From an uncultured Chroococcidiopsis sp. (lineage in GTDB: Bacteria; Cyanobacteriota; Cyanobacteriia; Cyanobacteriales; Chroococcidiopsidaceae): a DNA stretch of 64,000 bases. The notes under the pieces were generated by a model. The model saw only the letters and a program-made list of their open reading frames with translations. It did no database searches and was not told the origin of the DNA. The stretch spans positions 24,412 to 88,411 of the forward strand of contig CAXTYC010000021.1 of assembly GCA_964248365.1 (NCBI GenBank), written 5' to 3'. Shown piece after piece: positions 10,358-21,469 of the stretch (position 1 is its first letter; every line of letters begins with the position of its first letter). The translations under genes and the position numbers were made by a program.

Positions 10358-12142
10358 TTGTCGGGTTGTCCCCTCTACCCCTTGCGCCCCTTGCCCCTTG
10401 CGCCCCTCACCCCTGATACTTCCTTGCCTGTGATAGATAACCTCTGCCATTTTGATGTTTTAGTTGTAGGAGCTGGCGCTGCTGGACTCTATGCGGCTCT
10501 TTGTCTTCCACCTGATTTACAAGTTGGTTTGATTACCAAAGACAATCTTTCTCTATCCGCCAGTGATTGGGCGCAAGGAGGCATTGCGGCGGCGATCGCC
10601 CCTGATGATTCACCCCTGTTACACATTGAAGATACCCTCAAAGCAGGCGCTGGTTTATGCGATATTGAATCTGTCACATTTCTTGCTAAACAAGCACCCA
10701 GCTGCATTGAGTCGTTGGTAGAAATGGGGGTGGCTTTTGATCGCCACAACAATGATTTAGCTTTGACTCTAGAGGCTGCCCATTCTCGTCGCCGTGTCCT
10801 TCACGCCGAAGATACTACTGGTCGCAAAGTAATCACAACCTTGACAGCCCGTGTATTGGAACGCCAAAATATTCAGGTAATTCCCCAAGCCTTGGCGTTA
10901 AGTTTGTGGCTGCATCCTCAAACTGGACATTGCCAAGGAATTAGCCTGGTTTATCAAGAACAAGTCATTTGGATACCAACTGGGGCAGTAGTTTTGGCAA
11001 CAGGCGGCAGCGGTCAAGTCTTTGCCCAGACAACCAACCCCAGTTTAAGTACAGGCGACGGAGTAGCGATCGCTTGGCGTTCTGGAGCCATCCTAAGGGA
11101 TTTAGAATTTGTCCAGTTCCATCCCACCGCCCTCACAAAACCAGGTGCTGAGAAATTTCTCATTAGTGAAGCAGTACGCGGTGAAGGTGCGCATCTAATT
11201 GACGATCAAGGTAGGCGCTTTGTCTTTGATTACCATCCAGCCGGAGAACTCGCCCCCAGAGATGTCGTCAGTCGAGCTATTTTCAGCTACTTACAAACCA
11301 CTACAACTGATCCAGCCACTGCTCATGTTTGGTTAGATTTGCGACCCATCCCACAACAGAAAATTCGTCAGCGGTTTCCTAACATTATTCAAGTCTGTCA
11401 GCACTGGGGTATTGATGTCTTCTCTGAACCGATTCCCGTTGCTCCAGCTGCTCATTACTGGATGGGTGGAATTCTCACAGATTTGATGAACCGCACCTCT
11501 ATCCCTGGTTTGTATGCATTAGGGGAAACAGCCAGTACCGGAGTACATGGAGCAAATCGTTTAGCTAGTAATTCTCTGCTTGAATGTATTGTATTCGGCG
11601 CACAGATGGCAAATCTAAAGGTTGAAGTCGGAAGTATCAAGGATGAAACCGAATCTAACTTCACCCTTGAGCCGAAGGCAAGGGGGAAGCAAGCTACATC
11701 TTTTATCCTTTCAAAGAGTGATTGGGAAAGCCAGCAAGCGAAGATAAAAGCCATCCGTGAAGATTTACCGCGTTTAGTATGGCAAGGCGCTGGTATTTGC
11801 CGAGAACAGAAAGCATTGGAGGCGGCGTTAGATCAGGTGATAATCTGGCAACAAGAATTTGCTGCCTTACCTCTGTCGCAATTTTTGCTGGAATTACCCC
11901 CAGCACAGCCAGCTATTTTCAACTTACCCGATACAACGCAGCAATTAAGGCTGTGGGGAGAAACCCGCAACTTGCTTGATATTGCCTACCTAATTCTCAA
12001 AAGTGCTGCTTTTCGCACTGAAAGCCGAGGTGGGCATTACCGACTAGACTATCCTCAGCCAAACCCTAACTGGCAAGTTCATACCTTAGTGCAGCATGAC
12101 AACTGGTATAAATCTCATTCTAGTGGAACCAGTGACTGGTGA
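10358..12142 (+). CDS. nadB: L-aspartate oxidase
   Basis: GAGAAGL, ASDWAQGGIAAA, EAAHSRRRVLH, QFHPT, HYWMGG, GVHGANRLASNSLLEC, ESRGGHYR; real start probably ~20 codons downstream of the ORF start. Confidence 0.95.
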   Translation: MSGCPLYPLRPLPLAPLTPDTSLPVIDNLCHFDVLVVGAGAAGLYAALCLPPDLQVGLITKDNLSLSASDWAQGGIAAAIAPDDSPLLHIEDTLKAGAGLCDIESVTFLAKQAPSCIESLVEMGVAFDRHNNDLALTLEAAHSRRRVLHAEDTTGRKVITTLTARVLERQNIQVIPQALALSLWLHPQTGHCQGISLVYQEQVIWIPTGAVVLATGGSGQVFAQTTNPSLSTGDGVAIAWRSGAILRDLEFVQFHPTALTKPGAEKFLISEAVRGEGAHLIDDQGRRFVFDYHPAGELAPRDVVSRAIFSYLQTTTTDPATAHVWLDLRPIPQQKIRQRFPNIIQVCQHWGIDVFSEPIPVAPAAHYWMGGILTDLMNRTSIPGLYALGETASTGVHGANRLASNSLLECIVFGAQMANLKVEVGSIKDETESNFTLEPKARGKQATSFILSKSDWESQQAKIKAIREDLPRLVWQGAGICREQKALEAALDQVIIWQQEFAALPLSQFLLELPPAQPAIFNLPDTTQQLRLWGETRNLLDIAYLILKSAAFRTESRGGHYRLDYPQPNPNWQVHTLVQHDNWYKSHSSGTSDW

Positions 12143-12245
12143 CTAGTGACTAGAAGACAGCAGGGGGGCGCAAGGAGCAGGGGAGAGTGGGAGATAAATA
12201 TAATTACGAATTATCCTTTTCCCTTTTCCCTTTTCCTTTTCCCCT

Positions 12246-12449
12246 TTATCTAGTTCCAGAACCCAGGCTACTAATAGGACTGCCGATGGTACTTGGTGGT
12301 TGATAGCCTTGATTTATAGCCGTACTAAAGTGGGATTGACTATTAGAGGAAACCGCTAACCCAGTTACTGTACCAACAATTCCCAAGGCAATTAGCTGCA
12401 CTCCCACAACAAGTGTGACGTTAAATATAAGTTTTAAGCGAATATACAT
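12246..12449 (-). CDS. Small putative secreted peptide ending ...YQPPSTIGSPISSLGSGTR
   Basis: ATG start, hydrophobic N-terminal half, Pro/Gly-rich C-terminus; co-oriented with and downstream of a CHASE2 gene. Confidence 0.5.
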   Translation of the reverse strand: MYIRLKLIFNVTLVVGVQLIALGIVGTVTGLAVSSNSQSHFSTAINQGYQPPSTIGSPISSLGSGTR

Positions 12450-12854
12450 AGGTATTGCCCAATTGCTATATATAGCAGTATTTCAAATCACATTTGTTTT
12501 TTCAGTATATTTACTTAAGCTTAATTATAAATTTACACATTTTTTACTAATACTATCCATACTAAGTTCTCACCTAGTAATAGCTGAAATTAGCTAAGTA
12601 ATAATACTTTTAACATAGTAAATATTTCTAATTCACCTGTCTAATTTAGTGTGAAATTAGAGACATCTTTTTATATCTATAGTTATATTTTTATATTTAC
12701 AGAAAGCCCTTACAAGCTTAATGTTAAATTTAGATTGACTTAACATATCTTAGAACTAATAGACCTCCTGCATGAATATATCTGTAAACCCGCCCTTGCG
12801 AAATAGAGTTAAAATTGAGGTTCCTTTTGGTAAACCCTGAGCTACACCTAATGA

Positions 12855-13030
12855 ATGAAATCGGAGTGGGGTTACAACATCTCTTGGGCAAAAATGGCGG
12901 TTTGATGATTGGAACGAGAGATTTGCCTCGAATGATTCGAGGCAAACTCTCTCGGATATCTGTTAGTGTCGCGGATCTTTGTTGAAGGAGCGCCATTTTT
13001 GTCCAGGATATCCTTCGGGGCAGGAGGTCT
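12855..13030 (+). ncRNA. ssrS: Probable 6S RNA (cyanobacterial SsaA); ends approximate
   Basis: ~180-nt intergenic rod. CTTGGGCAAAAATGGCG pairs with CGCCATTTTTGTCCAGG, with G-U pairs only on the + strand. Large internal bubble and apical stem GAGAGATTTGCCTCGAAT/ATTCGAGGCAAACTCTCTC. Family assignment is from recognition, not a covariance-model search. Confidence 0.6.
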
Positions 13031-13104
13031 AATAAAATATACCTTAAGATTGAGGTGTAAAAAAGACTATTTGATAATGAAAAGAATGTTAAAGTTAATT
13101 GTAG

Positions 13105-15285
13105 TTAAGCTAACTGATAACAGTTTTTTCCCGATTGCTTAGCCTGATACATAGCTGTATCAGCTTGCTTGACTAGGCTTTCTCTAGAAGCACTGTGAAT
13201 TGGGTAGACGCTAATACCAACACTGGCAGTAATTAACAAAGTCTGTCCTTCTAAAACAAAAGCCTCTGACAGCGTTGCCAAAATCTTGTTTGCCACTTGC
13301 ACGGCAACTTTTACGTCTGGAATTGCTGGGAGGATGACAGTAAATTCATCACCACCCAGCCGAGAGATAATATCACTGTGGCGTAAGCAGCCAGATAGCC
13401 TTTGGGCAACAGCAATCAGCAAGCGATCGCCCCAGTCGTGTCCCAAAGTATCATTAACTTGTTTAAAACCATCCAAGTCGATAAATAATAGACCTACTAA
13501 TACTTGATTGCTTTGCGCCCAAGCTAGAGACTGATCGAGATGTTCGTAGAACAAATATCGATTGGGTAGACTTGTAAGTGCGTCATGATGGGCAAGATAG
13601 CGCAAACGTTTTTCTGAAATTTGTAATTCGGTGTTAGACCGGACTAGCTCAGCAGTAGTACGCTTAAGTTCATCCTCCTTCCGCTTACGTTCAGTAATAT
13701 CTCGAATTACCCCAACTAAAAAAAGATTACCAGCAGCATCTTTGTGTAGCGATCGCTTAGTAGCAATTAGATGAGTCTTGCCCCTCGCATCAGTAAATTT
13801 TTCTTCGTGTTCCATAGCTAGACCGCTACTGAACACCAAATCATCTTGTTGTCGAAAAATATCCGCTTCCTGTTTAGAAAAAAACTCAGAGTCCGACTTT
13901 TCAATTAACATCTGGTACGGATAACCAATTAATTGACAATAAGCCTGGTTCAAAACAATCCATCGATATTCTTTGTTTTTGACAAAAATTGGATCTGGAA
14001 TAGTATTAATCACTCCCTGCAAAAATTCTTTGGAGCGTTTAAACTCTTCTTGCACCTGGGCAATGTAAGCACTGATCGCAGCTACGCCACCGAACAAAGC
14101 TAGCAGCGATGGTACATAGGGCAGCCACCAACCATAGAAGAAAGCAAGATAAGAACCACCAATCAGGGCAGAGGTGGCAACCATTATACTGAGGAATGAT
14201 TGGCAAGGCGATCGCGCTCGCCAACCCACAATAGCTCCGACAAAAGCCCAGCCAACAATCCAGAAATCTTCCCAAAAGTCTGACCAAATGTGAATTAAAG
14301 GGCGACCTTCGAGAGCAGCACTAATAATCTGACTGATAAAATTGGCGTGTAGTTCAACTCCACTAAGCGGTTGCGCTACCTGTAAAAGCTGCCTACCACT
14401 GTCAGAAGTGTAAAAAACATCCTTGAGGCTGGGAGCAGTAGAACCAATCAAAACAATGCGATCACGTATTTCTTTTGCAGGTACACGATCAGCCAAGACA
14501 TCTGCCATCGACACTTTGCGAAAGCTAGTACTTGGACGGCGAAAATTTGCCAAAATTTGATAACCACCAGCATCCGCTCGCACATAACCACCATCATTCG
14601 GTTCAAAGCGGCGAAACACACTCGCTCCTAGCTGTAAATATTGCGGATTGTCTTTTGCTGCGTGAGGGGTAATACCTTTTGCCTGGAGATAAATCAAAGC
14701 CAACTTCAGGTCAAAACTTTCATGCACTTTCTGTTTTGTCGTCCAATAAAGCATCCCTCGACGTACCTTGCCATCAGCATCGAGGACGATATTATTAAAA
14801 CCGACTCGATTAAGTCGGCTTAGTGTAGGTGGAGGTAAAACACCAGAACTGCTTTGATCTGCCAGTTGCTCTATCCCGATCAAATTGGGAATAGATTCTA
14901 TAGCTTCGCTCAGTTCTCTATTACCAGGCGGTACGGGCAAATCTCGATAGATATCCAGACCAATAGCACCAGGTTGAGAGGAATACAATTTTTGTAACAA
15001 TTGGGCGAGCGCTGTATCTGGCAGGGGCCATTTTCCTACTTTCCATAAAGAAGCTTCATCAATTGCTACAATGACGACTCGCTCGTCTGTTGGTTCTGTT
15101 GGCAGTAGGCGAAAAAAAGAGTCCAGAGCCGCCCACTCTAAAGGCTGCATTACCCCTACCGAGCGCAAAAGTAGCAGACAAACAGCAACTCCTCCTGCTA
15201 TAATAACTGCCCAATTTTTGCGAGATAAGAGTTGCGAGAGTCTTAACCATAGCCTTTGAATACTTGTGCCTAGCTGCCCATTCAT
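13105..15285 (-). CDS. CHASE2-PAS-GGDEF diguanylate cyclase
   Basis: CHASE2 (AIGLDIYRDLPV, DADGKVRR, SGVELHA), three TMs, PAS, HDALTSLPNR, DLDGFKQVNDTLGH, RLGGDEF. Confidence 0.92.
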   Translation of the reverse strand: MNGQLGTSIQRLWLRLSQLLSRKNWAVIIAGGVAVCLLLLRSVGVMQPLEWAALDSFFRLLPTEPTDERVVIVAIDEASLWKVGKWPLPDTALAQLLQKLYSSQPGAIGLDIYRDLPVPPGNRELSEAIESIPNLIGIEQLADQSSSGVLPPPTLSRLNRVGFNNIVLDADGKVRRGMLYWTTKQKVHESFDLKLALIYLQAKGITPHAAKDNPQYLQLGASVFRRFEPNDGGYVRADAGGYQILANFRRPSTSFRKVSMADVLADRVPAKEIRDRIVLIGSTAPSLKDVFYTSDSGRQLLQVAQPLSGVELHANFISQIISAALEGRPLIHIWSDFWEDFWIVGWAFVGAIVGWRARSPCQSFLSIMVATSALIGGSYLAFFYGWWLPYVPSLLALFGGVAAISAYIAQVQEEFKRSKEFLQGVINTIPDPIFVKNKEYRWIVLNQAYCQLIGYPYQMLIEKSDSEFFSKQEADIFRQQDDLVFSSGLAMEHEEKFTDARGKTHLIATKRSLHKDAAGNLFLVGVIRDITERKRKEDELKRTTAELVRSNTELQISEKRLRYLAHHDALTSLPNRYLFYEHLDQSLAWAQSNQVLVGLLFIDLDGFKQVNDTLGHDWGDRLLIAVAQRLSGCLRHSDIISRLGGDEFTVILPAIPDVKVAVQVANKILATLSEAFVLEGQTLLITASVGISVYPIHSASRESLVKQADTAMYQAKQSGKNCYQLA

Positions 15286-15496
15286 TGCGATCGCGCTCTA
15301 TTGGAGGTATGCCAAAATTCCTATATTGCCCAAATGCCCCAGCAATACAGGAATTGATTAATGACGGCTATTTATACTAGCAAACAAATCCAACTACATT
15401 ACATAGGAATTCGGAATTTTCCCCCTCTCCCCCTATTCCCCTCTTCCCTTCTAGTCCCTAGCCCCTAGCCCCTAGCCCCTTGATCACGATCAAGTC

Positions 15497-16471
15497 CTAA
15501 AACCTATCGGCAAAATTCTTAAAGTTGCTAGGACCTTTGTAACCTGAGATCTGGGCTAGGTTCTTCAAAGACTGAACACCGGAATATTGCTTACCGTTAA
15601 TCTCCCAGGTAGGAAAACTTTGGATCTTTGCCGCTTGGCATAAGTCAGGACGCGGATCTTTGCCTTGAGGAGCGCACTCAACGCGATTAATGTAACTATA
15701 AGCCTCTTTACCAAATAGCTGCTTTTGTTCGTGGCAGTGAGGACACCACCAAGCCACATATTCCTTTGCCCCAATTTGTTTGAGATGACGTGCTAGGGCG
15801 ATTTCTGATTCCCCAGAGGTAGTAGTGATTGCCCAACCAACTCCAGGTGTAGGCTGTCCTGATGGCTCCAAACTAGCTGTTTGTTCAGTATTCGCCCCAC
15901 CACTGACCCCTGTTGGTTTATTTACGTCAGCATAGACAGCAAGTGTACCAATCAGCGTCACCATACCCACCACAATGGCGGTAAAGAAAATTTGCCCCAT
16001 ATCTTCCCAAGAACGACCAAGTAGCGTCAGTACTAATAGGCTAACCGAGAATATAGCTGACGCAACACAGTACAGACAAAGTGCTTGAATTTTAAATAAC
16101 AGCAGATAAATTAGGTAGCCGCTGAAGACTGACATGGCGATCGCCCCACACAGCAGTAGCAACCAAGTCCAATTTTCTAACTGGGAGCGCAGTTCTTTGT
16201 TTTGAGTTGATTTAACTACCAAAGGAGCTAAGGCAAACGCTGCCATACCTGCGTAAGCTAGGAAGCCAAACAGAGCCAGAGGTAGTCCGAATACCTGAGC
16301 ATAGTCGCTCGAAAGTACTAAATCACAACTTTTAGTAGGACAAGCAGCAGAACTTTGTGTAAATTTGACAAAGGTTAGATAAGCTGTTGTCAGCGCTCCA
16401 AGTCCCGCGATCGCACCAATCAGCGGACGGGACCAACGATATATCCAAGGCACAGAACGTCGGCGAATCAT
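15497..16471 (-). CDS. Vitamin K epoxide reductase family protein fused to a thioredoxin-like domain
   Basis: CPTKSCDLVLSSDYA, CLYC in the VKOR domain, WWCPHC in the Trx domain. Confidence 0.92.
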   Translation of the reverse strand: MIRRRSVPWIYRWSRPLIGAIAGLGALTTAYLTFVKFTQSSAACPTKSCDLVLSSDYAQVFGLPLALFGFLAYAGMAAFALAPLVVKSTQNKELRSQLENWTWLLLLCGAIAMSVFSGYLIYLLLFKIQALCLYCVASAIFSVSLLVLTLLGRSWEDMGQIFFTAIVVGMVTLIGTLAVYADVNKPTGVSGGANTEQTASLEPSGQPTPGVGWAITTTSGESEIALARHLKQIGAKEYVAWWCPHCHEQKQLFGKEAYSYINRVECAPQGKDPRPDLCQAAKIQSFPTWEINGKQYSGVQSLKNLAQISGYKGPSNFKNFADRF

Positions 16472-16799
16472 TGATTTAACCTGCTCTTTAAAAGCAATTA
16501 GCTGTTAGCGATTAGCTGTTAGCTTTTAGTAGTCATTTGTCATTGGTTTTGGACACACGACAAAGGACTAAAAGCTTTGTCAATAATAACGGAAGCTTGC
16601 TGATACGCTTGAGTAACCACGCATATCCGTTATATTCATTTAATTATCCTTGATGACAAGTTTGCATTTTCACAAGTCGAAAGACAGGGCCAGAGGCGCT
16701 TAAGCGCTCTTGCGAGAGGCTAGGGGCGAGAAAAGTGTGAAGTGTGAAGTGTGAAGGTAGAAGTATGAAGTAAGAAGGGTAGGGGTAGAGGGTTTACGG

Positions 16800-16930
16800 G
16801 TAGGGGGAAATTACCCTTTTACCCTCTTACCCTTTTACCCTTTTACCGTTTATCCTTCAACCTTTATCCTTTATCCTTTTCCCTTTTCCCTTTTCCCTTT
16901 TCCCTTTTTTCTAGCCCCTAGCCCCTAATG
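16800..16930. repeat. Heptamer STRR-type tandem repeats (TTTTCCC, TAGCCCC, etc.), representative of many intergenic copies
   Basis: Visible tandem 7-mers; similar tracts near 8307, 9460, 15455, 21310, 31885, 41880, 45510 and 51460. Confidence 0.8.
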
Positions 16931-17780
16931 ATGAAGGCGTTACCTTTATTGCCTGGGTATTACTGCGCCGTACTGCTTCGACAAATTGGCTGACACGAAT
17001 TGGATCGATCGGTTGTTCGCGGCGACCGTGACGCTTAAGTGAACTGGAAACAATAACCCCATCAGCTGCTTGCATCAGAGTAGAAATATTTTCCCAGTTT
17101 GCCCCACTGCCAATAAATACCGGAGTTCCGTTAGCTGCTGACGAAGCTAGTTCGAGATCTTCTAGGTTGGGAGGGCTACCCGTAGACCAGCCAGACAAAA
17201 TCACAGCGTCTGCTAGACCCCGTTCAATTGTATCTTGCACAGCAGTGGTAAGATTAGGGGAACCCAGAGGACGGGCGTGTTTGACTAAGACATCAGCTAA
17301 GATTTTGACATCGCTGCCTAATTCCCGTCGATAGCGTAGCAAACTATGTGCCTGTCCCTCAATGATTCCCTGATCGGTTGCCATCACACCTGTGAGGACA
17401 TTGACGCGGATGAATTGCGCCTTTACACAGCTAGCGATCGCTATTGCACTGTGGGCATCATTACGCAAAACATTAATCCCAATCGGTAGTGTCACTAGCT
17501 GCATCAGTTGCTGCACAACTAGACTCATGGCACTGACTACGGCTGGATCTACTCGCTCCTTCGCAAAGGGCGCATCAAAAAAATTTTCTACAATAATACC
17601 ATCTACCCCACCGCAAGCCAATGCTGTAGCTTCCTGTTCTGCCCTGTCAACTACGGCTTTTAAACTTCCTCCCCAGCGAGGAGAAGTAGGCAAAGGCAGT
17701 AAATGTACAACTCCTAAGATCGGATTATGGGTTTTGAATATCTGATTTAAGTCCACGTCTTTAACAATATTTGGACGCAT
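16911..17780 (-). CDS. btpA: Photosystem I biogenesis protein BtpA
   Basis: GVVHLLPLPTSPRWGG, IVENFFDAPF, GINVLRND, ADVLVKH; likely start is GTG at 17756. Confidence 0.92.
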   Translation of the reverse strand: MRPNIVKDVDLNQIFKTHNPILGVVHLLPLPTSPRWGGSLKAVVDRAEQEATALACGGVDGIIVENFFDAPFAKERVDPAVVSAMSLVVQQLMQLVTLPIGINVLRNDAHSAIAIASCVKAQFIRVNVLTGVMATDQGIIEGQAHSLLRYRRELGSDVKILADVLVKHARPLGSPNLTTAVQDTIERGLADAVILSGWSTGSPPNLEDLELASSAANGTPVFIGSGANWENISTLMQAADGVIVSSSLKRHGRREQPIDPIRVSQFVEAVRRSNTQAIKVTPSSLGARG

Positions 17781-18461
17781 CTATAAAAGTACGTTACCAA
17801 AATCATAACTTCTTACCGTGCCTGTATTAATCAGGAAAGGGGAAAGGGGAACTTGGGTTCACTCGCGTTGTGGGGATTAGGGGCAAGGGGAAAGCGGTAT
17901 TGCGGTATTGCGGTATTGCGGTAATATTAAGATGCCGTTCGAGCTACCCTTGGGGGAAACCACAAGAAAATTGGGCAATCGGGCGCAAAAAAGTGGACCG
18001 CTAATTTGTCAATAAGCCAGATTAATTGTAAATATGGCAACTTTTTTGCCCACTAGACTAGTTCCTGCCCTCGTCCAAACGTTAACCGCATTTGAGGATT
18101 GCCCAATTTTCTATAATTTCACGATTACCCTTCATCCTTCATTGTTCATCCAAGGTTTTAAGGTTTGGATTAAGAGCAAATTAAACTAAAATATCCCCCA
18201 GCCTCCCCAGATCCAATCTTGTGCTGCGAGCGAATTCGTTTCTAAATAAAAATTTATTTTTGTAAATTATCGTAATATTTTTGAATTTACGCTAAGATAG
18301 AGATCGCTATAATTGAGCGATTGCGTTTGAGGGCATCCCAAGCAGAGAGCCATGAGGGTGTAGTAGTGAGTGGGTAAGACCGCTTACGCGAGAGCGATCG
18401 CTACAATATCACGACCGACATACCCTATCTCTACTAAAGAACCTTATTGAACAATTACTTC

Positions 18462-19784
18462 ATGGGCAACAAGCCGACAATTGCTATTTCTCATTTAGGT
18501 TGCGAAAAAAACAGAATAGACACTGAACATATGCTAGGACTGCTCGTACAGGCAGGGTACGAGGTAGATAGCAACGAAGAATTAGCAGACTACGTTATCG
18601 TTAATACCTGTAGTTTTATCCAAGCAGCACGGGAAGAATCTGTCCGTACTTTGGTGGAACTGGCTGAGGCTAATAAAAAGATTGTAATCACAGGCTGCAT
18701 GGCGCAGCACTTTCAGGAGCAATTACTAGAGGAACTACCAGAAGCGGTAGCCGTAGTAGGTACTGGCGATTATCACAAAATTACCAATGTGATGGCGCGG
18801 GTACAAGAGGGAGAACGAGTAAAACTTGTATCCCCAGAACCAACATATATCGCGGACGAAACTACACCGCGTTATCGTACCACGACCGAAGGTGTTGCTT
18901 ACCTGCGAGTTGCTGAAGGATGTGATTATCGCTGTGCGTTTTGCATTATACCTCACCTGAGAGGAAACCAGCGATCGCGCACAATTGAATCTATCAGCGC
19001 CGAAGCTGAACAACTAGCCAACCAGGGTGTACAGGAAATTATTCTAATTTCCCAGATCACAACCAACTATGGGCTAGATATATATGGTGAACCGAAGATA
19101 GCCGAACTACTACACGCCTTGGGTAAAGTAGATGTTCCTTGGATTCGGATGCACTACGCTTATCCGACTGGACTTACGCCAAAAGTTATCCAGTCAATTC
19201 AACAAACGCCCAATGTTCTACCATATTTGGATCTGCCCCTACAACACTCCCACCCAGAAATTCTGCGGGCAATGAACCGCCCCTGGCAAGGACAGGTAAA
19301 CGACAGTATCATTGAGCGGATTAAGAAGGCGCTACCTGGGGCAGTTTTGCGGACAACTTTTATCGTTGGGTTTCCTGGCGAGACAGATGAACATTTTGAG
19401 CATCTGATGCAGTTTGTAAAACGCCATGAATTCGATCATGTAGGTGTGTTTACGTTTTCGCCAGAAGAGGAAACCCCTGCATACTCGCTGCCAAAACAGA
19501 TTCCACAAGCGGTTATGGACGCGCGGCGGGATGCTTTAATGGCAATCCAGCAACCGATTTCTCTCAAGAAAAATCAGGCAGAAGTAGGCAAGGTAGTAGA
19601 TGTTCTGATTGAGCAAGAGAATCCAGAAACTGGAGAATTAGTTGGAAGATCTGCTCGTTTTTCACCCGAAGTAGATGGTTTAGTATATGTCGAGGGCGAA
19701 GCTACGTTAGGTTCAATAGTTCCAGTTAAGATTACTCACGCTCAGCCATACGATTTGTATGGTCAAGTCGTCAGCAGCAATTAG
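18462..19784 (+). CDS. rimO: Ribosomal protein S12 methylthiotransferase
   Basis: [18 protein letters not shown], radical [12 protein letters not shown]-terminal TRAM domain; ATG at 18462. Confidence 0.95.
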   Translation: MGNKPTIAISHLGCEKNRIDTEHMLGLLVQAGYEVDSNEELADYVIVNTCSFIQAAREESVRTLVELAEANKKIVITGCMAQHFQEQLLEELPEAVAVVGTGDYHKITNVMARVQEGERVKLVSPEPTYIADETTPRYRTTTEGVAYLRVAEGCDYRCAFCIIPHLRGNQRSRTIESISAEAEQLANQGVQEIILISQITTNYGLDIYGEPKIAELLHALGKVDVPWIRMHYAYPTGLTPKVIQSIQQTPNVLPYLDLPLQHSHPEILRAMNRPWQGQVNDSIIERIKKALPGAVLRTTFIVGFPGETDEHFEHLMQFVKRHEFDHVGVFTFSPEEETPAYSLPKQIPQAVMDARRDALMAIQQPISLKKNQAEVGKVVDVLIEQENPETGELVGRSARFSPEVDGLVYVEGEATLGSIVPVKITHAQPYDLYGQVVSSN

Positions 19785-19840
19785 CTAAGCAATAAACGCT
19801 AATCAATAAAAGACAAACAAAAAACAGATTAGGAGATTAA

Positions 19841-21313
19841 ATGAATTTGTCATTTGAAAGTCTAGGTCTTTCAGAAGCTCGGATTGGGCAATTAGAAAAA
19901 CTAGGATTTACCACACCGACAAACATCCAAGCACAAGCAATTCCTCAGTTACTGGCGGGACGAGATGTTGTAGGACAATCACAAACAGGAACGGGTAAAA
20001 CAGCAGCATTTTCGTTACCGATATTAGAGCAAATTGATATTGAGAAAAAGGCAGTACAAGCTCTTGTTCTTACTCCTACCCGTGAGCTAGCGGTGCAAGT
20101 TTGTACAGCGATCAAAAGTTTTGTTGGTAAACAAGATTTAAGAGTTTTGCCAATCTACGGTGGTCAATCAATCGACCGTCAGATCATGCAACTCAATCGC
20201 GGTGTGCAGATTGTTGTAGGAACACCAGGACGAGTAATAGATTTGCTAGAGCGAGGTAACTTGCAGCTAGATCAAGTCAGATTTGTCGTACTCGATGAAG
20301 CCGATGAAATGTTGAGCATGGGCTTTATTGATGATGTCGAGAAAATTCTCGCATCTGCACCAAAAGAGCGCCAAACTGCTTTATTTTCAGCGACAATGCC
20401 GCTATCGATTCGGCTGTTGGTGAAGAGATTTTTGCGATCGCCTGTTACAGTTACTGTTGAGCAGCCTAAAGCCGCACCTGCAAAAATTAACCAGGTGGCT
20501 TACGTAATACCGCGTAACTGGACAAAAGCCAAAGCTTTGCAGCCAATATTGGAATTGGAAGATCCAGAAACAGCTATCATATTTGTCAAAACTCGGCGAA
20601 CCGCAGCTGAGTTGACCGGACAATTACAAGCCTCTGGTTACAGTGTTGACGAGTATCACGGTGATTTGACTCAACAAGCAAGAGAGCGGTTGTTATCCAG
20701 GTTCCGCAATAAGCAAGTGCGGTGGGTAATTGCTACAGATATCGCGGCGCGGGGTTTAGATGTAGATCACTTAACTCATGTGATCAACTACGACTTGCCA
20801 GATAGTGTGGAAACCTATGTTCACCGAATTGGACGTACAGGTAGAGCGGGTAAAGAAGGAACTGCTATTTCTCTGGTGCAGCCTTTTGAGCGGCGCAAGC
20901 AGCAGCAAATTGAGCGTCATGTGCGTCTAAGTTTGAAAGTGAACTATGTTCCCACCAGAGCGCAAATAGAAGCGCGGCAACTGGAAAAACTGCAAGTTCA
21001 GGTAAAAGAAATTTTAGCTGGGGAACGCTTGGCATCATTCTTGCCAATTGTGCGAGAGCTAAGTGAAGAGTACGATGCTCATGCGATCGCAGCAGCAGCC
21101 TTGCAAATGGCGTATGATAAAACTCGTCCAGCTTGGCTCGAATCAGATGCAGCGTTTAGCGAAGAAGAAAGACCGCATAATCCTAAACCCAACAAATTGA
21201 TGAAACGCAATCAAGCTTCCGTAGACGTGGTAGCACAAGAAGAAGAAAGACACCATAGTTCAAAACCCAAGCTAGCTAAGCGTTCTGAAACTTCTATGTC
21301 GAACAACAATTAG
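19841..21313 (+). CDS. DEAD-box RNA helicase (CrhR/DeaD-like)
   Basis: QTGTGKT, PTRELA, LDEADEM, SAT, ARGLD, HRIGRTGRAG motifs. Confidence 0.95.
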   Translation: MNLSFESLGLSEARIGQLEKLGFTTPTNIQAQAIPQLLAGRDVVGQSQTGTGKTAAFSLPILEQIDIEKKAVQALVLTPTRELAVQVCTAIKSFVGKQDLRVLPIYGGQSIDRQIMQLNRGVQIVVGTPGRVIDLLERGNLQLDQVRFVVLDEADEMLSMGFIDDVEKILASAPKERQTALFSATMPLSIRLLVKRFLRSPVTVTVEQPKAAPAKINQVAYVIPRNWTKAKALQPILELEDPETAIIFVKTRRTAAELTGQLQASGYSVDEYHGDLTQQARERLLSRFRNKQVRWVIATDIAARGLDVDHLTHVINYDLPDSVETYVHRIGRTGRAGKEGTAISLVQPFERRKQQQIERHVRLSLKVNYVPTRAQIEARQLEKLQVQVKEILAGERLASFLPIVRELSEEYDAHAIAAAALQMAYDKTRPAWLESDAAFSEEERPHNPKPNKLMKRNQASVDVVAQEEERHHSSKPKLAKRSETSMSNNN

Positions 21314-21469
21314 GGGCTAGGGGCTAGGGGCTAGAGGATAGGGAAAGGATGAAGTGTAAAGTGTGAAGTATGAAGGAGTCAGGAGTCAGAAGTCAGAATA
21401 TTAATTCTTTGCCTTTTCCGTTCATCCTTCATCCTTCATCCTTTTTGCCTTTTCCCTTTTCCCTCTTCC

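Noticed and set aside
12730..12996. 88-aa ORF on the minus strand
   Set aside because: Antisense to the probable 6S RNA, with no recognisable protein features.
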